DNA of 64,000 bases from Eledone cirrhosa (taxonomy: Eukaryota): NCBI GenBank assembly GCA_964016885.1, contig OZ024741.1, forward strand, positions 339,078,001 through 339,142,000, read 5' to 3'. Position 1 is the stretch's first letter. Each line of letters begins with the position of its first letter. The notes beneath the pieces were generated by a model. The model was not told where the DNA came from. It did no database searches and worked only from the letters and a program-made list of their open reading frames with translations. The translations under genes were made by a program, and so were the position numbers. Below, in pieces: positions 40,649-52,594 of this stretch.

Positions 40649-41365
40649 TTTTATATGCCCCACCATTTGCAACGGGCAGCCTATTATTATCATATTTACA
40701 CATAATTTTTCTTCTGCTGCCACTCGTCTGTTCGTTTTTACCCTTTCTAGCAGTCTCTCTCTCTGTTAGCCTCCTCCTCAACTTTCACTCACTCACTCTC
40801 TGTCACTACCTCTCCTCCTCGTCTTTCCTCCTCCTCCTTCAAGTTTGACCTGTGTGTAATTCTTTTCTCGCGCGGTCTTGACCAAGCTGGTATGGAAATT
40901 TTTTTCTCTCTCTCTCTTTCATCTGCGACTTCACAAAACTTATGTTTACCGAATTCGTAGACCAGACCCCTTTATCTTCTTCTTCTTCTTCTTCTTCTTC
41001 TTCTTCTTCTTCTTCTCTCTTTTTTCCCCCCCGTCAGACTTGTGCGAAATTCTTTCCTTGCTCACATTTCAACCAGGTTTGATTGTCTTTTGTCTCTTGT
41101 TCACGATTTCACCGAGTTTATATTCATAGAGATCTGGGACTTGTCTATTTCTTCTCACTTACCGTTGCTTAAACCTTTTTGTTTGTTACCCTGGCGTCCC
41201 CTTTGTTTACGTGTCCCAACAACTTTTTTTAGCCGTTGTTCGCACCAACCTGAGGCATATGGCCCTTAAAGCGATGAAATGCCTGGGACGGTTGGAGGGT
41301 CACTGATGAAGGACTTACCTTTTTATATGCCCCACCATTTGCAACGGGCAGCCTATTATTATCAT

Positions 41366-41366
<1 letters not shown>
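40649..41366 (+). mobile_element. (TA)n-embedded element with 45-bp direct terminal repeats and hammerhead remnants
   Basis: TTTTATATGCCCCACCATTTGCAACGGGCAGCCTATTATTATCAT occurs at ~40649 and ~41321. 41200-41315 matches the reverse complement of ~35425-35550. Confidence 0.65.
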
Positions 41367-41415
<49 letters not shown>

Positions 41416-41417
<2 letters not shown>

Positions 41418-41531
41418 ATATAATAATATATGTAGAAATAAACACAGAAAATTCTGTGTCTAAAATTACAAGGGTAGAGAATTTTAGACACAGAATTTAC
41501 TGCGTTTATTTCTACATATATTATTATATCC
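41416..41531. repeat. ~52-bp-arm hairpin inserted in (TA)n
   Basis: GGATATAATAATATATGTAGAAATAAAC...GTTTATTTCTACATATATTATTATATCC. Confidence 0.8.
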
Positions 41532-41789
41532 ATATATATATATATATACATATATATATATGTAAGTATGTATGTATACGTACATACATATATGTATACA
41601 GACGTACAGTAGCATGTATATATATATATATATATACATACAGGCACACATATATATATGCACGTATCAGTTTACCGAACATTTATTATAATGTTCGCTT
41701 TGTTCGTTTGTAAACAAACGAACAGCCTGATTTACGCCGTACAGTGTTTAGGCAACCACGTCACCTTTTTGTTCAACACTGACACAGGA

Positions 41790-41832
41790 ACGATGTACTA
41801 GTTTCAAGCTTGTTAGCTATCGTCAGCACCGT
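41790..41832 (-). ncRNA. Type I hammerhead (17523 family)
   Basis: Minus strand: ACGGTG-CTGACGA-TAGCTAACAAGCTT-GAAA-CTAG-TA-CATCGT. Confidence 0.85.
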
Positions 41833-42519
41833 ATACTTTTCTGCCAGATGGGGCTCACATTGTTTTTTCATATATGAGTGAAATTTGGTTGGTTGATGCA
41901 GTCATGTGAATAAGCACATCCACTTTCGCGCCAGTTTGTGTTTGAGTTTCTTTTTACTTAAAAAAGTGGCTCAGAAAAGTTTTTCTTATAAATGTAATTT
42001 GATTGGTTATAAATGATATTATGACTGTCATGTGAACAAGTACATTAAATTTTGAACCCCTTTTTGGGAATTTTCTTGTAGCCATTTAGAGAATTTTGTG
42101 CCAAACAAAAGATAATGGTCAAGAAAAAAGGGATGAGGAGAATTGTTCTGGTTCAGTGAGTATGGCTGATGTGCTGAGGTGTCAAAATTCAGACTTTCTA
42201 TTGAAATAAAGAAAGTAGAGATATGTATTTTTATTTGTGTGCTGGTGTGTGTGTGTGTAGGAAAATGATTCTATTAGTAGAAATGGGGGAGGGAGTTATG
42301 TGTGTATGGGTGTTATATGTGTGTGTGTATGTGTGGGAGTATGGTTAGCATGTTAAGATGGAGAGAATATATATTTGTGTGTGTGTGTGTGTAGGAAAAT
42401 GATTCCATTAGTAGAACTAGGGGAGGGAGTTGTGTGTGTGTGGGGGGTATGGTTAGCATGTTAAGATGTTAGAGTATTAACATATGTTAAGGCTTATTTA
42501 ACTCTCGCTTTTATAGAAG

Positions 42520-42550
<31 letters not shown>

Positions 42551-42551
<1 letters not shown>

Positions 42552-42897
42552 CATCATCATCATCATCATCATCATCATTTTACGTCCGCTTTTCCCTACT
42601 TGCAAGGGTGGGACGGGAACTGATTCTGGCTTGATTTCTACAGCTGGATGCCCTTCCTAACACCAACCTCATTTACAGTGAGTGCTGGGTCCTTTTTTGC
42701 CGTGGCACCTCCACGACCACTTTACAGTGGAATGATAGGGACCCCAGTCCCTATCATCTCATTTCTACAGCTGAGTAAACTGGAGCAATGTGAAATAAAG
42801 TGTCTTGCTCAAGGACACAACACATCACCCGGTCTGAGAATTGAACTCACAACCTTGAACTCACAACCTTTCGATAACCACTAAGCCATATGCCTCC
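42551..42897 (-). mobile_element. SINE family A: tRNA head plus RTE-derived tail
   Basis: A box TGGCTTAGTGG, B box GAGTTCAATTC (locally duplicated), tail GGAAAAGCGGACGTAAAAT(GAT)n. Confidence 0.88.
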
Positions 42898-42930
42898 ATA
42901 TGTATATATGTATATATATGTATATATATG

Positions 42931-43037
<107 letters not shown>

Positions 43038-43558
43038 ACACACACACACATACACATATATATATGTATATATTCTACATATTTCTTCATTTCCATTCAT
43101 TCCATTCACGTCTGATGTAAACTATTCTCTAAATGGAGAAACACTGCTTGATTTTCTAAATCTCTCAATTGTTCGCTTTGTAATGATGATGGCTAATTAA
43201 AGTATAAATAAATTATTTTAACAGGATTCGGTTTGATGGAGGAGGAGATGCAGTTGAAGAACACTTCCTGCTATTTCATTCAATACACACACACACACAT
43301 AATGTATATACACATATATTATATATATATATTTACACACACATGCACACACACATATATATAATATATATATATATGATTATATCTGTATATACATATA
43401 TATATATATATATATATACATATATATGTATATATATATATATATATATACACATCTATTATATATAATATATGTATAATATATATAATATATCATATAT
43501 ATATATATATATATACATATATACACATATATACATATATACACATATATTATATATA

Positions 43559-43620
<62 letters not shown>

Positions 43621-44026
43621 TAAATATATATATATATAATACATATATATATAATACATATTATATGGATATATATATATATATGTATTATATATATAAA
43701 GAGAGACAGAGAGAGATAAATATACGTATATATATATATAGGCAAAAACTCAGCAGGAAACATTGTAGGGTTTAAAAGGAGATATCAGTGAAAATATGTG
43801 AAGATGAGAGCATGAGAGGTAATTAAAGGCAATGATAAATTCTTAACGGCAGGCTGGATAATAATAATAATAACAATAATAATACAATAATAATATAGTT
43901 GAACAACAAGGAGAATAAGAAGAATGGCCATTCAATTGTTGGTAATGGAAGCTATAATTCTGCCTTTTTAATTCTACATTCCAGCTCACATTATTCCTTG
44001 TTTCTATTTGATATTTTATCTATATA

Positions 44027-44170
<144 letters not shown>

Positions 44171-44499
44171 GTGGCTGCCAACTCGTTTTCGAGTACGACC
44201 ACTACTTTATATCCATGTAGGAGAACTCCTACCGATGCTCTGAACGAGTGTGACTTTTTAGTCCAGCCAGCGACTTGAAAACTCTGGTACAAACACTACA
44301 CTTGTGAGAATTATTGACACATAGTGCTGGGCCCATGGTACCATGTGACGACAAGTGCAGAGAGATCTCCAGATATAAAGCAATGACTGTGCCGTGAAGC
44401 TTTTATAGTGAGCAAAGGCACTGCACAAAGCCAGTCCCACTCTCTTAACCAAGATGATATTTACCAAAAAGAAGAACAAGTCAACATCATATATCATTG

Positions 44500-44738
44500 G
44501 ATACCATCAGAGTTGCAGGTGTTATATCACAGTTTTCCTTCTCCTAGAATTCTGCCTTGACAAAGGCTAAGGGGTCATCTCTCCCAGTGATTTTGGATGG
44601 CCATTGACTCTTAAGAGCTCTTTTGCCCTTTGACAGGTTTTGTTTTTAGTCCTGCAGGATGTCCAAAGTCACCCTCCTCACCAAGAAACCTTGGTGGGGT
44701 TGCCAGTTTAGTCGCCAACGACCCGACCATGAGACAGA
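44500..44738 (-). mobile_element. Possible 5' UTR fragment of an RTE/BovB-type LINE
   Basis: Minus-strand GTCAAGGCAG..CTAGGAGAAGGAAAACT resembles RTE 5' regions (from memory, unverified). Confidence 0.35.
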
Positions 44739-44756
44739 TTATATATATACATACAT

Positions 44757-45953
44757 AGGGAAATGGCCATGCTCAGTTTGTAGGAAAGGAGTAGGCAGAA
44801 ATTCCATTTTATGTTCCAAATGAAAAGTATGTGTACATAAAAGATGTAGTGGGATCACAGGTAAACTATCTAAGAACGCAGACTTTATATGTGGCTGATG
44901 TTCAGGTGCAATAAGTAGCAAGTGTCCACAGGATACTAGCTCCTTCTATTGCCCAGATGGTTCTATAGAAATAGTGGACACTTTCCGTTACCTAGGTAAC
45001 GAAATCAGCAATGGTGGAGGGTGTTCTGAAAGTACAGTAGCTAGAGTCAGAACAGGATGGAAAAAGTTCAGAGAGCTTATACCACTATTGGCCACTAAAG
45101 GTTTCTCTCTAAAAATAAAAGGCAGATTGTATGATGCCTGTATACGAACAGCAATGCTACATGGCAGTGAGACATGGGCATTACGTGCAGAGGACCTGTG
45201 TAGACTGGAAAGGAACGAAGCATGCATGCTCCATTGGATGTGTAATAGTAATATACATGAACGGCAAGGCATAAATGAACTAAGTGAGAAATTAAAAATA
45301 AGAGGGATCAGATGCTGTTTACTTGAGAGAAGACTACGTTGGTATGGTCATGTGATGCGCATGAAAGACGACAGCTGTATAAAAAAGTGCAGGGCGATCA
45401 AAATTGATGGTAGTTACGGAGTAGGTAGAACCAGAAAAACCTATGACGATCTGATAAATTTCGACCTTACACACTTGCGCCTCTCTAAGACAATGTCACT
45501 GGACCAAGATCTTTGGTGCTACGCAGTAATACAGAAGACCCGCCTTGCCTATGTACAAAGCGAAACCTACAGTCAGTAGGCACCTCTTAACCAATATACA
45601 CCCCAATCCACTACCCCTACCCTATCCTCCCACTCCCACCAACATCACCCTCTCTCTGTAAAGTTGGTACCACAACATCCTGTCCAAATAAATGAGATAA
45701 TGAGATCAAGATCGTGTAGGTGTCACAACCAAAAAACACACAGTCCATGCTGTAATGTGGTTGTGTAGGTAACACGGTAAAAAGTTCTCACTTCCACACT
45801 GTAAATGTGGTTGGTGTTAGGAAGAGCATCTAGCTGTAGAAAACCTGCCAGATAGTCCTATATGAGCGAGACACGGTCACCCGACCAATCTTGCCTCAAG
45901 TGGGACAACTCCCGTCTAACCCATGCTAGCGTGGAAGATGGACGTTAAACGAA

Positions 45954-45986
<33 letters not shown>
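44757..45986 (+). mobile_element. RTE LINE 3' fragment
   Basis: Begins at GKWPC; ORF 44974-45579; (GAT)n tail. Confidence 0.93.
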
Positions 45987-46032
45987 ATATATATATATAT
46001 AAATATATATACATACACATATATATATATAT

Positions 46033-48640
46033 AAACTTAAAAGCATATTACTTGATGCTTTTGATAGTAAGGAAGAGCAATTAGTGTCGTACAATATAGA
46101 GGAACAGTGGGAATTCCTGAAAGCTAACCTGCTGAAGGCGACAGATGAAACCTGTGGCTGGAGCAGGCCTATAGGCAGGAGGAGAGTAACTTGGTGGTGG
46201 AACAGTAAGGTGGAGAGGTCAATCAAGGCCAAAAAGTAGGCTTGGAAAGCATGGCGGGATGGGGGAAGTAGAGAAGACTATCAAGTGGCCAGGAGGGAAG
46301 CTAGGAGACAAGTGTACTTCGCAAGAAGGGAAGCAGAGGAAAGAAAGTTCAAGCATGTTCTCCAACACGAGGACCAAGAACGTGAGGTGTTCAGGATTGC
46401 TAGGCAATGTGTCAAGGAAAACCGTGATATTGTCGGGGAGAAATGTGTCCTAAATGATGATGGTGTACTTGCCATCACTGACGCTGATAAGAAGGTAGCT
46501 TGGAAGTGTCACTACGAAAGGCTACTAAATGAGGAGAATAATTGAGAAAAAGACAGTCTCCCCAACATCGACCCAATAGAGGGACCAGCAGTGCAAGTTG
46601 AAGGTAGTATAAGTAAGGCGATCAAAGACATGAAGACGGGCCAGGCGGCCGGGCCTTCGGAAATAGTTGCTGAAATGCTGAAAGCATCTGGAACGGTGGG
46701 ACACACTATGGTCACGCGGATAGTAAACCAAGTCATACAGAATGGGGTCGTTCCGAAGGACTGGCGTAGCAGCATCATCATTAACTGCTACAAAGGTAAA
46801 GGTGATGCCCTAGATAGGGGAAACTATAGAGGCATTAAATTAATTGACCAGGTCATGAAGATCACAGAAAAAGTAATAGTGCAACTAATCAGAGAGCGAA
46901 TTGATCTAGATGAAATGCAGTTCGGGTTTGTGTCAGGTAAAAGTACAACAGACGCTCTTTTCATTGTACGACAACTACAGGAGAAGTACCTAGCTAAAAG
47001 TAAACCCCTATACTTAGCTTTTGTTAACTTGGAGAAAGCCTTTGACAGAGTACCACCGCTCAATTATCTGGTGGGCCCTTAGAAAACTAGGTGTTGATGA
47101 TTGGTTTGTGAGAGCTATACAAGCCATGTATAAAGAAACAGTCAGCAAGGTTAGAATTAACAACGAATATAGTGAAGAGTTTAGCGTAAAAGTTGGTGTT
47201 CATCAGGGCTCCGTCCTTAGACCCCTACTATTTATTATTGCCCTTCACGCTATAACAGAGGAGTTCAAGACCGGCTGCCCATGGGAACTCTTATATGCAG
47301 ACGATCTAACACTCATAGCTGAATCAATGGCTGAACTAGAGAAGAAATTCCAAACATGGAATCATGGCCTAGAATCAAAAGGCCTTAAAGTTAACTTGTC
47401 TAAGACTAAAGTTCTAGTTTGTAGGAAGGAAAATAGGGCACCGGTCCCATCTGGGAAATGGCCATGCTCAGTGTGTAGGAAAGGAGTAGGTAGAAACTCC
47501 ATTTTATGTTCCAAATTCAAAGTATGGGTACATAAAAGATGTAGTGGGATCACAGGTAAGCTAACTAAGAATATAGATTTTATATATGGCCAGTGCTCTG
47601 GTGCAATAAGTAGCAGCAAGTGCCCACTGAATACTAACTCATTCCATTGCACAGATGGTTCTATAGAAATAGTGGACAGTTCCGTTACCTGGGTGATAAA
47701 ATCAGCAGTGGGGGAGGGTGCTCTGAAAGTACAGTAGCTAGAGTCAGAACGGGATGGAAAAAGTTCAGAGAGCTTATACCACTATTGGCCGCTAAAGGGT
47801 TCTCTCTAAAAATGAAAGGCAGGCTGTATGATGCCTGCATACGAACAGCAATGTTACATGGCAGTGAGACCTGGGCATTGTGTGCAGAGGATATACACAG
47901 ACTGGAGAGAAACGAAGCTTGCATGCTCCGCTGGATGAGTAATACTAATATATGTGAACGGCAAAGCATAAACGAACTAAGGGAGAAATTAGAAATAAGA
48001 GGGATCAGATGTTGTTTACTCGAGAGAAGACTACATTGGTATGGTCACGTGATGCGCATGAAAGACGACAGCTGTATAAAAAAGTGCAGGGCAATAAAAA
48101 TAGACGGTAGCCACGGAGTAGGCAGACCCAGAAAAACCTGGGACGAGCTGATAAATTCCGACCTCACACACTTACACCTCTCCAAGACAATGTCACTGGA
48201 CCGAGATCTTTGACGCTACACAGTAATACAGAAGACCAGCCTTGCCTAAGTACAAAGCGAAACCTACTACAGTCAGTAGGCACCTCTAACAAAATACACC
48301 CCTGTCCCACTACCCCCACCCCATCTACACCACCCCTTTCAATGTAAAGTTATGTTTGTACCACAACATCCAGCCCGAAACAAATGAGGTCGTGTAGGTG
48401 TCACGACAAAAAAACACACAGTCCACGCTGTAATGTGGCCATGTAGGTAACACGGTAAAAACCTCCCAGTTCCACACTGTAAATGTGGTTGGTGTTAGGA
48501 AGGGCATCCAGCCGTAGAAAACCCGCCAGACAATCCTATGCGAGCAAGACAACCACTCTTGCCTCAAGTGGGAAAACTCGCGTCCGAACCCATGCGAGCG
48601 TGGAATATGGACGTTAAACGAAGATGATGATGATGATGAT
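46033..48640 (+). mobile_element. RTE LINE, 5'-truncated, multiple frameshifts
   Basis: ORFs starting at 46285, 46591, 47021 and 47647 tile the linker and RT; (GAT)n tail. Confidence 0.95.
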
Positions 48641-49088
48641 ATATTTACATACACATATATGTATATATACATACATATATATATATATATAAACATATAC
48701 ATATACATATATATACATATATGCACACACACACACATATATATATATACACATACATACATATACATATATATATATATATGCATATTTATGTATATAT
48801 AGACAATGGCAAACTAACCGCATATGATGTCCTTACTGTCATCTCTTTCTTTCAATCTTTTGATGAAGGACTAACATCTGAGACAGTACTTCTCTTTTCC
48901 TACTATATCAATCAACCCCCTACTGGCTGGCTCATGTGCTTTTTTGTCACCAGCATGAGCACTTTACATGGTGGATTAGGATCTTTTGTTGTGTCACCAG
49001 CATGATCATCTGATATATATATATATATATGTATATTTATGCATTCATACATGTATATATGTATATATATATATATATGCATTCATGC

Positions 49089-49123
<35 letters not shown>

Positions 49124-49230
49124 ATATAGAAGAGCTTCTACAGGACTAGAACTGTTTCATTCGTGAGGAATCATCAGGATATATTGAGTACCTTACTTAC
49201 TGTGGTTACCTCCGATTCAACCCGGAATAA

Positions 49231-49287
<57 letters not shown>

Positions 49288-49288
<1 letters not shown>

Positions 49289-49690
49289 TATTATAAGGAT
49301 AAGGAACAAGAATTCAGTGTTTTATCATAACATATTTAATATATAATATATGTTTTGTATATGAATTCGTCCGGAGATGAATTCATATACAAAACATATC
49401 TGACGACCTTTCGATTACAGAGTCAGATTCGATCTATAATAGGTCTTGCCTTGAGGTGATCCATAGTGAAACATATGTAATATGTTATTAAATAAGTTAT
49501 GATGAAACACTGAATTCTTGTCCGTTATCCTTATAATATTATAGTCTGCTCTGCGTGAGCATCGAGTGCTCAACCGGCATACCACCTACGGACGAATTTT
49601 TTATGGAACTATACAACTATATATACATGCATATATTGGATCGTCGTAGAAGTTTTTTTTTTCTACAAATTTCATACTTGACGACCCAAT
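49288..49690 (+). mobile_element. Fold-back hammerhead element in (TA)n
   Basis: ~49288-49330 is the reverse complement of ~49497-49541; central hairpin at ~49348-49399. Confidence 0.72.
49393..49486 (+). ncRNA. Type I hammerhead with ~60-nt stem II insertion
   Basis: AACATAT-CTGACGA-(61 nt)-GAAA-CATATG-TA-ATATGTT; perfect 7-bp stem I and palindromic stem III; stem II pairing not resolved. Confidence 0.72.
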
Positions 49691-49716
49691 ATATATATGT
49701 ATATATATATATATTT

Positions 49717-51216
49717 GTTCCGAAGGACTGGCATAGCAGCATCATCGTTAACTGTTATAAGGGTAAAGGAGACGCCCTAGATAGGAGTAACTATAGAGGC
49801 ATTAAATTAATCGACCAGGTCATGAAGGTCACGGAAAGAGTAATAGCGCAGCTAATCAGAGAGAGAATTGACCTAGATGAAATGCAGTTCGGGTTTGTGT
49901 CAGGCAAAAGTACCACAGACGCTCTTTTCATAGTACGACAACTACAAGAGAAGTACCTAGCTAAAGGTAAACCCCTCTACTTAGCTTTTGTCGACTTGGA
50001 GAAAGCCTTCGACAGAGTCCCCCGCTCCATTATCTGGTGGGCTCTTAGAAAACTAGGCGTTGACGAATGGCTTGTGAGGGCTATACAAGCCATGTATAAA
50101 GAAACAGTCAGCAAGGTTAGAATTAACAACGAATATAGTGAAGAGTTTAGCGTAAAAGTCGGCGTCCATCAGGGCTCTGTTCTCAGTCCACTACTATTTA
50201 TTATTGCCCTTCAGGCCATAACAGAGGAGTTCAAGACAGGCTGCCCATGGGAACTCCTATACGCAGACGACCTGACACTCATAGCGGAATCAATGGCCGA
50301 GCTAGAGAAGAAATTCCAAACATGGAAGCACGGCCTAGAGTCAAAAGGACTTAAAATTAACCTGGCTAAGACCAAAGTACTAGTTTGTAGGAAAGAAAAC
50401 AAGGCGGCGGTCCCTTCTGGGAAATGGTCGTGCTCGGTGTGTAGGAAAGGCGTAGGTAGAAACTCCATTTTATGTCCTAAATGCAAAGTATGGGTGCATA
50501 AAAGATGTAGTGGGATCACAGGTAGGCTAACTAAGAACATAGATTTTACATGTGGCCGGTGCTCTGGTGCAATAAGTAGCAGCAAGTGCCCACAAACTAC
50601 TAGCTCTTTCAATTGCGCAGAGGGTTCTATAGAAATAGTGGACAGCTTCCGTTACCTGGGCGATAAAATCAGCAGTGGGGGAGGGTGCTCTGAAAGTACT
50701 GTAGCTAGAGTCAGAACTGGTTGGAAAAAGTTCAGAGAGCTTATACCACTATTAGCTGCTAAAGGGTTCTCACTAAAAATGAAAGGCAGGTTGTACGATG
50801 CCTGCATACGAACAGCAATGCTGCATGGCAGTGAGACCTGGGCATTGTGTGCAGAGGATATACGCAGACTAGAGAGGAACGAAGCTTGCATGCTCCGCTG
50901 GATGTGTAACAGTAATATACGTGAACGGCAAAGCATAAACGAACTAAGGAATAAATTAGAGATAAGAGGGATCAGATGTTGTTTACTCGAGAGAAGGCTA
51001 CGTTGGTATGGACACGTGATGCGCATGAAAGTCGATAGCTGTATAACAAAGTGCAGGGCAATAAAGATAGACGGTAGTCACGGAATAGGCAGACCTAGAA
51101 AAACCTGGGACGAGCTGATAAACTCCGACATCACACACTTACACCTCTCCAAGACAATGTCACTGGACCGAGACCTTTGGCGGTACTCAGTAACAGAGAA
51201 GACCCGCCTTACCTAA
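49717..51216 (+). CDS. RTE reverse transcriptase (partial, no endonuclease) with internal PHD-type finger
   Basis: NYRGIKL, QFGF, FVDLEKAFD, GVHQGSVLSP, LYADD, CSVC..CPKC..HKRC..CGRC, FRYLG, RRLRWYGHV. The ORF-track N-terminus (49555-49716) is flanking sequence. Confidence 0.85.
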   Translation, partial: VPKDWHSSIIVNCYKGKGDALDRSNYRGIKLIDQVMKVTERVIAQLIRERIDLDEMQFGFVSGKSTTDALFIVRQLQEKYLAKGKPLYLAFVDLEKAFDRVPRSIIWWALRKLGVDEWLVRAIQAMYKETVSKVRINNEYSEEFSVKVGVHQGSVLSPLLFIIALQAITEEFKTGCPWELLYADDLTLIAESMAELEKKFQTWKHGLESKGLKINLAKTKVLVCRKENKAAVPSGKWSCSVCRKGVGRNSILCPKCKVWVHKRCSGITGRLTKNIDFTCGRCSGAISSSKCPQTTSSFNCAEGSIEIVDSFRYLGDKISSGGGCSESTVARVRTGWKKFRELIPLLAAKGFSLKMKGRLYDACIRTAMLHGSETWALCAEDIRRLERNEACMLRWMCNSNIRERQSINELRNKLEIRGIRCCLLERRLRWYGHVMRMKVDSCITKCRAIKIDGSHGIGRPRKTWDELINSDITHLHLSKTMSLDRDLWRYSVTEKTRLT

Positions 51217-51608
51217 ATATATAGTAAAACCTACTCCAGCCAGTAGGCATCTCTAACAAATACACCCCGTCCCACCACCCCCACCCGATCCACACCACCC
51301 CGTTCTATGTAAAGTTATGTTGGTGCCGCGCCATCGAGGCCGAAACAAATGAGATCGTGTAGGTGTCACGACAAAAAAACACACAGTCCACGCTGTAATG
51401 TGGCCGTGTAGGCAACACGGTAAAAACCTCCCAGACCCACACTGTAAATGTGGTTGGTGTTAGGAAGGGCATCCAACTGTAGAAAACCTGCCAGACAGTC
51501 CTATGCGAGCAAGACAATCACTCTTGCCTCAAGTGGGACTACCCCCGTCCAAACCCATGCAAGCGTGGAACACGGACGTTAAACGCTGATGATGATGATG
51601 ATGATGAT
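49717..51608 (+). mobile_element. RTE LINE, 5'-truncated, RT frame still open
   Basis: Uninterrupted frame from VPKDWHSS to the stop at 51216; 3' UTR; (GAT)n tail; TA flanks. Confidence 0.96.
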
Positions 51609-51626
51609 GTATATATATATATATAT

Positions 51627-52115
51627 ATAAAATAAAGTTAAATAAAAAGTCAAATGTTTAAAATTTAGCTTCGTTTAATACTGCTATATATATTTCAGTG
51701 ACAGCCATATTTGGCTGTGACCTCTTCAGGCAGTCTGAATTAGTGTGGTATAGACAAGTACATATGTTGTTGAGGTGTATAATTTTGTCAATACTCTATG
51801 ATTCCAGTTCCTCAGTGAAATAACAACCCAACCAGGAACTGGGCATATCAGAGTATTGACAAAATTATACACCTCAACAACATAGGTACTTGTCTATACC
51901 ACACTAATTCAGACTGCCTGAAGAGATCACAGCCAAAGATGGCTGTCACCGAAATATATATAGCAGTATTAAACGAAGCTAAATTTTAAACATTTGACTT
52001 TTTATTTAACTTTATTTTACATTACTCCGGAGTAACCAAACCAACCTGTGCACTTCGTCGAGTGCTCCTGCCTGCATACTGAGGTATTGGTATACAACCA
52101 ACATATACTCAAAAT
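51627..52115 (+). mobile_element. Fold-back hammerhead element (arms ~51627-51812 and ~51834-52019)
   Basis: ~185-bp near-perfect inverted arms in (TA)n. Confidence 0.85.
51913..51967 (+). ncRNA. Type I hammerhead (inverted copy at 51680-51734)
   Basis: ACTGC-CTGAAGA-g(a/g)tcACAGCC..GGCTGTcac(c/t)-GAAA-TATATA-TA-GCAGT. Confidence 0.85.
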
Positions 52116-52136
52116 ATATATATATATATATATATA

Positions 52137-52470
52137 TCATCATCATCATTTTACGTCTGCTTTTCCCTGCTTGCAAGGGTGGGACGGAACTGATTCTGGC
52201 TTGATTTCTACAGCTGGATGCCCTTCCTAACACCAACCTCATTTACAGTGAGTGCTGGGTGCTTTTTTGTCATGGCACCTCCACGACCACTTTACAGTGG
52301 AATGATATGGACCCTAGTCCCTATCATCTCATTTCTACAGCTGAGTAAACTGGAGCAATGTGAAATAAAGTGTCTTGCTCAAGGAAACAACAAATCACCC
52401 GGTCTGAGAATTGAACTCACAACCTTTCGATTGCAAGGCCAATGCTCTAACCACTAAGCCATGTTCCTCC
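52137..52470 (-). mobile_element. SINE family A, full length
   Basis: tRNA-like head GGAGGAACATGGCTTAGTGGTTAGAGC..GAGTTCAATTCTC; RTE-type tail; (TA)n flanks. Confidence 0.9.
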
Positions 52471-52553
52471 ATATATATATATATTTATTAAAATAACAGA
52501 TTAAAGTTTAAGCAAAGAATCGCTGCTTTCACCCTTAACGGGATCTTCTGAAA

Positions 52554-52587
<34 letters not shown>

Positions 52588-52594
<7 letters not shown>

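Noticed and set aside
44818-44826. UGA at a Cys of the RTE PHD finger as selenocysteine
   Set aside because: Other copies have TGC/TGG/TTC here, so this is a simple nonsense mutation.
52400-52470. tRNA gene (also 55656-55725)
   Set aside because: A and B boxes are present but there is no complete cloverleaf; these are SINE heads.
52515-52556. Further HHR-like fragments (also ~17435-17505, 23672, 48860, 56460-56495, 57388)
   Set aside because: Two or more core lesions or missing stems; may be decayed HHRs but not individually supportable.
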